Shown here: positions 55,301 through 64,000 of the stretch, in pieces
How positions within the stretch are numbered: position 1 is the stretch's first letter
How the letters are laid out: the number at the start of each line of letters is the position of its first letter
NCBI GenBank assembly: GCA_002269645.1
Contig: NIVC01001298.1
Location: 124,001-188,000, forward strand
DNA: 64,000 nt
Source of the DNA: Macrostomum lignano
Taxonomy: Eukaryota
Direction: 5' to 3'
Made by a program: the position numbers and the translations under genes
Notes under the pieces: model-generated
Told to the model about the DNA's origin: nothing
Database searches by the model: none
The model's input: the letters and a program-made list of their open reading frames with translations, nothing else

Positions 55301-56990
55301 TTGTGTAGCCATGTTCCTGCAGGAAATCGACAATATCCTTCTTCACAGTAACAGTCATTCTGTGATGTATTAAAAAGCGTTTCTTCAGCCACGTTGCTGC
55401 GAAGAGAACAATCTAGGAGAGTAGGATTAAATTTTTCCTAAAATAATCGTACTTGTCTGGCCCTGGAGTCAGAAGCATTAATTAGTTCCCACTGAAATCC
55501 TAGTTCTAACTTAAATGTATTATCTGCGATAATAAAATAAACTGTCGCTTACAGATTTCAAGTAGCTTCTGGAAGTTTATTGAGTTAGCCATGTGAGACA
55601 AAAACTGGCGACGGTTGTAATGTGTCATCTCTTTGACCTGTGGTCCATACCGTCGAATTATAGACCACAGAGATTCGCACGATTCTCTGTCCGTCAGACC
55701 AGCGCCGTTGGTATAGCGAATTCCCTGCTTTATTTGGCACCGGTAGACATGGCCGTAGGCATGAAAAGCCGGCACGGCAAACTGCAGTCGATCTACGGCG
55801 AAATGACCCTTGAGCTTACAGGCCACATCGTATGACACGATTAGAGGAACCGACGATGGGACATCTTCAAGAGCTTGAGCCACCATAGTGCATGCATAGT
55901 TCAGCCTGTATTTGTTTATATAAAAGACAAAATATTAGTGAACTCGTAATAAACAATTAAAATCATTGTTCTTAACCCTAAGTAGTACCTAAACGGGATA
56001 TGTCAAGTGATTTGGGGTAATACTCAGAACCTTTTCTCGACTAACTTATCTTCCAGAATATTATCAAATCCGTTCATTTGCCCAAAATTCACTATCCTAA
56101 AATCCCTACACATACAAGTACACATTGGATTAAATTTGCATCAACTGAAATACTTCTCTCCTGGCGTCGTCATATCAGCGAGGTATCGAATGCAACCGTG
56201 GCGGCACGAACTACAGAAATAACCGAAGACATCGAGACGCTGGATGTCCGATGAAGAACTGAGCGCCTGGCCTCGACCACCAGCAGTCCAGTTGGAGCAG
56301 TGTTTTTCTGTGGGCTCAGTATTTTTATGAAAATCAACATCTAAAAAGATGTCTGTTTTTGGAGCCGAAGAAAGGTCCTTGCCGCCTGCGGTTTTTCGAT
56401 GAGGAATTCCAAAGCAACCGTCGAGTAGAAGAAAACATGGTTGACTTTCGTTGCAAGCAGGCTGCTACAAAGGGTTTATTAAAAAAGTAAATAAGGGATG
56501 ACTAAGGCAACTGCTCTCGTGTATATGAAATGAAATACGCTTATATAAGTCATTTGGCACATAGCATGCAGGGCAGTCCACCTTTGCTGACCAACGTATG
56601 TCATCGACCAAGTGCTCGAACGCTCTGAATGCACCGAATGTGTTAAGATGTCGGTAAAGTTTGATCTGAAAAGCATTCCAATTTTTACTCAACAAACCCT
56701 AGAATGGAAATTTGACTTCAGGAAAGTAACTTTAACTTGTTGGAACTAGACCCCGGCTACTCTACTTACAGGTCCGAAATTCCACATAGGATTTTTATGC
56801 AGCTCGAGTGCTTTACATATAGAGAACAAAGACGCGCTAGTACATTGTCTTAGCGATTCCATGAGGAGTAAGAGACGAATAGAAGCAGCCTTAGGCACGT
56901 GGGCACGCTCACGGACTGCTTGCAATGGCCAGTAGCCGAGGTGTAACATAGCCTGAGAGATTGTTGTGCATCTGCACATATGTAGCTTGA
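55301..56990 (-). pseudogene. KDZ (Kyakuja-Dileera-Zisupton) transposase relic, intron-containing, 3'-truncated
   Basis: CRC...LHLGYWP (CxC-like), CPAC, DVFGYFCSSCRHG...DMTTPGEKY, YDVACK, VPAFHAYGHVYRCQ...GAGLTDRESCESLWS. Confidence 0.85.
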
Positions 56991-58246
56991 CGTTTAGTTC
57001 TTCAGCTGCAAAAGGAATCGTATAAAAAATAGGTAAATTTTAACTCCGATTTTGCAGAAAAGGCGGCTTTTCCCTTGATTATATTCTTAGGGAGGCTGTC
57101 GTATGTTACATAACTATAACTATATTTACTTGCTAGCATTATTGCAGAGACCTTCTATCAATTTAGAGGCTTTAACCCAATTAGGATTGAAAAATGGAAT
57201 TAAGGATCGCCGTACAGGTTTTACGAGTTACAACTTTTACAGTCAACATTTTACAGTCAATACAATAAATAGCCTAAAAACACAGTGTTCAGGGTAAAAT
57301 AAACTTCACAGTCATATTTTATATTGCTTTCAAAGTAAAACAAGTCAAACAATAGGCTTGTTTATGAGATGTCGATCTTACCGTCTTCAGTAAAGAATAC
57401 AGCATCAATCAAATATGAACCATCGTGTTCCTCAATGTTCCTCAACCATCGTGAACACTCAATGTGACACATCAGAGTATCAGAGGTACGTTGAAAATAT
57501 TTTACCTATAAATAAAATGAAGCATTGCATAGTTTACATTAAATTTTATTTAGCGTTATTTAACCCTTATAAACCTACATTCCATTGCTCGACTACATGC
57601 AGAGGATTGTGCCTGTGCTGGTAGATCATGCAGTTTGTGCAAACCTCTCTTAGGCCACACATGTTGCATCGATGTACGATCACAGGAGAGACACTTGAAT
57701 CGTTTTGATTTTTTTCCATTAGATTAAAAATAAATGTAACAATATAATTTATCGGTTTCAATGTACTTCTGACAGGTTATTGGGAGTTTAAAAATGTTCA
57801 ATTTCAGCATGACGAAAAATTCATCATTCCTTATGTGCTGTCTCGAAATCAATGCCCATTTATCAACATGTGCAAGATATACTCTGAATAAATACAAATA
57901 TGGGGGGCATTTACAATCGGTGTGTTTTAACATTTCTGCTCTATATTCATCGTAAGCTTTATCAATGTCTACAATTACTTTGGACTTTCGAGAATGGGTT
58001 TTATTTTGAGAAACTGATATAATAGAATCATAGTACTTTTGTGGTAGAACATTTCGTACATTTGGGTTATTAGCTTCCAATTTTTCTAAGAAAATTTTGG
58101 CTATGTAGTTTTCATTTTAAGGTCATAAACTTTTTTTAAATTGTTTGAAACTTGCATGACCTTTTTCTTTACATTATGACTCAGAGTTGGTCTTTGGCAG
58201 AGTAGGCAATTTAGTAAAAGATAAGGTGGATCTTCTGAATAAAATA

Positions 58247-59623
58247 CAGGGTGTCCCATAAGTAAATTTACAACTCGTTTCGTGAATAACTTTGTGATTA
58301 ATGCTTGGATCCCCACCAGAGTTTAGCATAAGAAAATATATAGAAAAGGGATTTTTTGACACCAAAAGCATGTTCATACGTTAAAAAATACAGTCCGTTC
58401 AGGGTCCTTCGATGTGGCCACCGCCGTTTGTAAGGCAGGCCTCCAGCCGCCGCGGAAAGTCCAGCAGGGCTTTGGTAAGCGTCATAGGCGAAATCTGGGC
58501 CACTTCGTCTGAGATCCTCTGTCGGAGCTCATCGATTGTGCGCGGCTGCGTTGCGTAGACTCTGCTTCAGATCGCCCCACAACCAGTAATCCAAGGGCGT
58601 TAGGTCAGGAGAACGAGCAGGCCAGCTAATCGGACCACCTCGCCCGATCCATTGGTTGGGAAAGATGAAGTCCAGCCAATGCCGCACGGCCCGCGACCAG
58701 TGAGTGGGAGCACCGTCCTGCTGGAAGAAAATGTTCCCCGTGTTGAATTTCTCGATCCGCTGCAGTTGAGGCAGAAGTCATTGGCGCAACATCTCCAGGT
58801 AACTGTCGCCCGTGACTGTGTCTTCGAAGACGTATGGTCCGATCAGTCCACCGGACCAAACTCCCATCCATACGACAATCTTTGGCGATTGCAGCGGCTT
58901 CGTGGCGGTTTGCGATGGGTTGTCGGTTGACCAGTAGACGCAGTTGTGGCGGTTTACATGACCGCTCAGGTGAAACACAGCTTCGTCTGAGAAGAGGAGC
59001 TGATTGAGAAAGCTGTCGTCGTCTGAGATCACCTCCAGCATCTCCTCTGCGAAGGCACGGCGGGCGGCTAGGTCTTCCTCAAACAGTTCATTCAGGATTT
59101 GAAGGCGGTATGGGTGCATCATTTTGTCTTTAAGAATGCTATGGACTGAGGTCTTTAATAAGTCCAGCACGGCACTGGCTCTTCTAACCGAGTTCCCCGG
59201 TGAAACGTCAAAGGCGGACACCACTGCCTCGACGTTCTCATCTGAACGTGAAGTTCGAGGTCGTCCTGGCCTTTTAATGTCGCCCAAGTCGCCATCGATA
59301 GCGTTAGCATGAATGGCACTGATTGTAGGCCTTGATGGAACCGCCTCATTTTTGCCGAATTCAGCCCGATATCTTCGCAGGACGATGATAGATGACTTCG
59401 TGCATTCGTACCAGGCAGCAATCTTAAATCTTTGTGTGGCTGAGTAGCGAGTTGTCATTGTGTGACAATGAGCTGAAAGTGAAAGTGAAAAAATGAACAT
59501 GCTTTTGGTGTCGAAAAATCCCTTTTCTATATATTTTCCTACGCTAAAATCTGATGGGGATCCAAGCATTAATCACGAAGTTATTCACGAAACAAGTTGT
59601 AAAGTTACTTATGGGACAACCGG
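58247..59623 (-). mobile_element. Tc1/mariner DD41D (rosa/Visitor-type) transposon, 1377 bp
   Basis: ~130-bp TIRs starting CAGGGTGTCCCATAAG; TA duplications at 58245-46 and 59624-25. Confidence 0.95.
58399..59458 (-). pseudogene. DD41D transposase with one TGA (~58778) and one frameshift (~58560)
   Basis: FSDEAVF, QQDGAPTH, WPARSPDLTPLDYWLWG; 41 residues between 2nd and 3rd Asp. Confidence 0.93.
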
Positions 59624-60859
59624 TATATTTCCTTCTGAGCCTAGCAAAAATGCAAAGCCGTCTCCTTGTGCGTATTCATTTTCATATCTATACCCAACTC
59701 TGTCATATTGTTGCTTTGTTATATTCATCTTCAGCTTCTATTTTTATGGGCTAGAAAAAATGAGTAAGCTTAGAATAACGAAAGAGTGTCAGGCACAAAA
59801 GAAGGCTGACTCAGCTGAGCACAATTGAAGCTTTCTGTTATTCAAAGAGAAATCTTATTTTTCTAACTCAATGTAATCCAAAATTGTCGTATAATTTGTT
59901 GAGTTAATCAATAATCGGACTCCATAGGGTGCACCTGGTCGGAGACTTGTGGTTCGTTTTGTGCCGAGTCGAGATTTAGAGTACTCACTCACTGTTTTAG
60001 GTCTATATTGTGGTGGTTCTTCATATGTTTCTTCTGTTACTGTGAGGTCAACTAGGCTAAGGTTCTCGGTCGTCTTGGCTTCAAATGCTCATTGTGTTGC
60101 CATGACTGACTTTTTTTGCAGTAAGATACTGCTTAAGCAAAGCCAGGACGCGTTTTTCTGCGACGAATCCATCGTAGACGTCGAGACTCGGTTTCAGTAG
60201 AATTTTTCGAATTGTTTGCTCCATTTTTACGTTAGAAAATTTAACAAGTCCCAGTGAAAAATTCCCGTCCGGTTCTTGTAGGACAAGCGTTAGCCATCCG
60301 GTGTTCAGTCGGTCAAAAATCTGTGTCCGGATTCGCTGATGGCAGTGTCTGCATGGTATAGGATCAGATCTTGGACATTCGCAATGTGCTCGAAACAATG
60401 TGCTCCAGTGGAGAGGGTTATACAGCGTGCACAGTGGGGCGTATGGCGCTCAACTATAGCCCAAATTCAGAAATCAATTATATTAATTTTTAACTCTGTT
60501 TAATGATAAATTCTTTATTAGCCTAAAATATTTCATTCTGCTTTCACAAAAATGACATCTATACGTCGTGTATCACACTCTACTTTCAGTGTAAATAGCG
60601 ATTCAGTGTAAATTTTTGATTGGAACAGTTTTCTTGCACTTCAGGGTGTAAATGCAACACAACGAACGATACACAATTATTTTTTGTTTACACCAAAATT
60701 TAGGACCTTTTAAGATAACAGCGGGAATGCTTCGTAGGAGACCTTTACAGTCCTACTCTGTCTGCAGAAAGAATCATGTCCCTGTATTTGGAGCTATTGG
60801 AGCTATTTAAGGTGAAACTTTCCGCCCATTATTGTGTATTTAGATAGGAAAAGTTCGAG

Positions 60860-61140
60860 ATCTCCTCTCCTTTCCTCTCCTTTCTCCTCTCTTCTCTCCT
60901 CTCTCCTCTCTTATCCTCTCCCCTCCTCTCATCTCCTCTCCTCTCCCCTCTCGTCTCCTTTCTCCTCACATCTCGGCTCCTCTACTCTACTCTCTAATCT
61001 AATTTCCTCTCCCCTCTCCTTCCTCCTCTCCTCTCTTCTTCTCTCCCCTACCTCTCCTCTCCTTTCTCCTCTTCGCTCTCCTCTTCTCTCCTCTCTTCTC
61101 TCCTCTTATCTCCCTTCTTCTCACTTATCTCTTCTATCAT
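60860..61140 (+). repeat. Polypyrimidine (TCTCC-like) low-complexity tract
   Basis: Almost pure C/T for about 280 bp. Confidence 0.9.
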
Positions 61141-61728
61141 CCACTCCCAAAGGAATTCAAATTTCTGGCTGCGTCAAATGTGTTCCTTTTCGAAGCCATA
61201 GGTGGAAGCAGCTAGAACTAGAACTGAACTACAATCTAGCTTAAAAGTTATATGGTTGTTTACTGTATGGAAGACTAAATTGGAGCAGAAAAAGTAGCAT
61301 TTCAAAGGCCTGATTAATAGTGGCATTGAGACATTTAGAGCAAACAATCGGAAGTATGTTGGTGGGGGACAGAGAGCTCTGGAAATAACAGCTGCTATAT
61401 TTAGAAGTTTCTAATATTTTATAATATTTCGAACCGCATTGTGGGGGATAGAGTGTGGAAAAGCATCTCTCCTCCAAGCCTCTCGAGCCTCTCCTTCCGA
61501 CTTTTATGGCCACAGCTGCCTCCGTATCGTCACACCCCCTCCCGATAAGAAAATGGTTTTTTCGAGCCTCTGTTTGATCCAGGCATGGTCCAGGCCGGGG
61601 TTCACAGACTATGAATAGCCTGCTTAAAAAGGAAGGGGGGGAAGCTTGCTGTAAAGGGGCCAGGGGGGCCAAACCTCTAGAAAATGCTGATTGGGGGGGG
61701 CAGCAATCGTGAGATAGATAGATAGTGC

Positions 61729-61808
61729 TGAGTTAAACTGTTAGTTAAACTCAGCTAGTTTATCTGAGTTAGCTAAACTCAGTTAGTTAAACTCAGTTAG
61801 TTAAACTT
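61729..61808. repeat. Short partly palindromic tandem repeat (AGTTAAACTCAGTT-like)
   Basis: Repeated GTTAAACT(C/G) and CTGAGTT units. Confidence 0.7.
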
Positions 61809-63664
61809 ATTCTTACTTGCTTAATTCGGCGGTTTTTCATGCCGGATGCAAGCTATACATAAGTACACATTATAGAGTTGATAGATACAAAAAGATGCAA
61901 ACTATTAAATATATGATTTAAGGAAGTTATGATTTAAGCAGCATAAAATGGAGAGCATAGAAGTAAAGTAGACTTTCTCATTACAAGATCGATATTTTAG
62001 GAAGTAATAAAGATTATACAATTTACATAGACAATTAGTGGAAACCCAGCGGAAAAAAAGTAGTGCCTGATGGATATCATATTGAACTCTGTGCAAATAG
62101 GGATTTTTCGTTGAAATAGTTAAACGATTAGAAATATTAATTTTTAAAAAATTTCGCCTGACCTACATTCCAATGCTTTTCCAACGATTTCCAACTGTAC
62201 AGCATATGCCTTTGTGTGTAACTTTCCTTTTTTTCTGTTCCACTCTTCAGATCCCGAATCGCGAATGCATATTAAAACTTTACACTTTTCTCTGACAAAT
62301 CCGTTTTTTAGCACGTTTGCTTGGGGACAGGGAGCAGTGTAAGGTGTGTACACGTCAATTTTTCTGTCCCATGGATTTAGTCCACATAAAAAGTAAAACA
62401 AGTTTAACTTAGATTCCAAATTTCTTGCCTGGGTTTGTAGTTACCTGACAGTCTGTTGGCTTGAGTGCCTTCGCCTTTTTGCCAGTAGGAAAAATGGATC
62501 CTGCACCCAGGAAATACTCTGCAGGAAGAGTATCCTAGTTCCTAGTTCTACCCTGGCCCAGCGCCCAAAGCCCAGCACCCACCCTCCACTAAATCGGTTT
62601 TTACAAAGACAGGCAAACAAGTGGTTGAGCAGAAATTTCAATAAACAATGTTCATGATGTTGTACATTGATGTGGAGCATTAGAAATCTAAAGCTCGAGC
62701 TAGGACCATTATATACCAGCTACTAGATCTAAACTTCCTTGTTCCTTGTAAATTTCCCTGGAGCCGAAAATTTTGAATATGGAGAGAAACACCTGTCCGT
62801 AAAAGCCTTCCAAAGCCTCCGTTTTTTATTGCCCCTATGAAGCTCTGATCCCAAAGACAGGCTATGGGAGCCTCTTTGTTTGGTTTTTTGGCAGGGAGCA
62901 GAAGTCGCAGTATGTAAATTGTATATTTATACATATAATAAATATACTACCACATATTAACCCAGCATTGAATCTATTCTATGATTTCTGTTGATTGTAT
63001 CACACGGTTGAATAGGCTATAAATTATTAATTTTGTTAAGATAAGAGCTCTCGTTTTGAAAGTGTCTTTTTTCTGTTTAGCAATAGGAACATTTTTAGCT
63101 GATTTTTTTGTGTAAATACGAAAGAAATGACAAAGAAAAAGAAAAGCAGTTTGTGTAGACTGTAATGTTTTGCATTGACGATAGTCTCCAGTCAGTGTTT
63201 CTGCGTCGGAACCATTGGAGATTAAGCATCGAAAAGAAGTTCCCAGGCAGCCGATTCAGTTTTATCTGGGAAGGAAGAGTTTGATTAAACTATCAGTAAG
63301 CTCTAGAGTATCTCTAAAAAGAATATAATTGACACATTCAGCAGCTTAATATTAGGCCTTGAATGGGCCTAGCCCAAGTCCAACATATGCTTAACAAATA
63401 ACAATTGAATGTTATTTTGTTACCTTTAGTATCCATCAATTCGGACAGCTTCAGAGGCGGCAGTGGTCGAGGTGACAGTCAGGCATGAATCCGACAGGCA
63501 ATAGACAGCAGTAGCTAGCTGCAATGATTAAAAATGATGATATGATATTATTAATGGCGAATTTATTTAAATGAAAACAGTCCTAAACTGAAGCAATGCT
63601 AAATCTCTTAATCTCACCTAATCGCAATCGCCCCCAGCCAATGAAACAACATAGAATATGGTGT

Positions 63665-63840
63665 TCTCCTCAGCTTCTCTTATCTCTTCTCATCTCATCT
63701 TATCTCAGCTTTCTTTTTTCTCTCATCTCTCATCAACTCTCTTTCATCTCCCCTCCTCTCATTCCATCTCTTATCTTTTCTATCAATCTATCGTCTCCTC
63801 TTTCTTCTCTCCCCATTCCCTCTCCTTTCCACTCTCATCT
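63665..63840 (+). repeat. Second pyrimidine-rich low-complexity tract
   Basis: TCTCATC/TCTCC-rich. Confidence 0.75.
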
Positions 63841-64000
63841 GGTCCGCAGCAATGATCTAGATTCTTTTTCTGGCCCTTGAAGTAAAAAGTTTACCGATCA
63901 CTTTGTCTGGACTCTGGGCCTTGAAGCAAAAAATTTTAGGGTAGGGGTGAATCCAGGTGGCTCCACTTTTATAGGAAATTGCTTTTATATTGAAAACTGT

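Larger units (their letters stand above)
57724..59728 (-). pseudogene. Orphan Cys-motif ORF relic, copy 2, split by the DD41D transposon
   Basis: Removing 58247-59623 plus one TA gives in-frame MNITKQQY...LGSEGNIFYSEDPPYLLLNCLLCQRPTLSHNV..., continuing to KHTDCKCPPYLY... Confidence 0.65.

Noticed and set aside
60834-61244. Ser/Leu/Pro-rich ORFs (also 63596-63880)
   Set aside because: Translations of pyrimidine-rich low-complexity DNA
61241-62934. Minus-strand ORFs of 60-140 aa near the right end
   Set aside because: No recognisable domains, splice structure or termini; cannot be distinguished from random ORFs or very old TE debris

Overview
Eukaryotic (metazoan-like, intron-containing, AT-rich spacers) DNA packed with transposable elements; no prokaryotic genes, rRNA, tRNA genes or CRISPR arrays are evident. 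Well-supported elements, left to right: a solo LTR (3362-4228, TSD ATCCC); a full-length but disabled Ty3/Gypsy retrotransposon (6378-15875, tRNA-Leu PBS, extra 3' ORF); a DD34D mariner; a 7.1-kb Sola-like DNA transposon whose 3-exon, apparently intact 858-aa gene joins a tandem VQT-motif array, a DDD transposase core and a C-terminal PHD finger; a second solo LTR; a CArG/AP-1/E-box cluster; a PIF/Harbinger element whose Myb/SANT gene has a solo LTR inserted exactly at a splice acceptor; Gypsy-related relics; orphan compact genes present in two inverted copies; a hAT MITE; an EnSpm/CACTA transposase pseudogene; a young non-autonomous LTR element (tRNA-Gln PBS, tandem LTR-sharing structure, array of PBS-like repeats) fused to a truncated KDZ transposase; and a DD41D (rosa/Visitor-type) Tc1-mariner. 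Ten of eleven orientable elements lie on the minus strand, which resembles a uni-strand piRNA cluster/TE trap or an antisense-biased large intron. All family assignments are by motif recognition only; no database searches were run.
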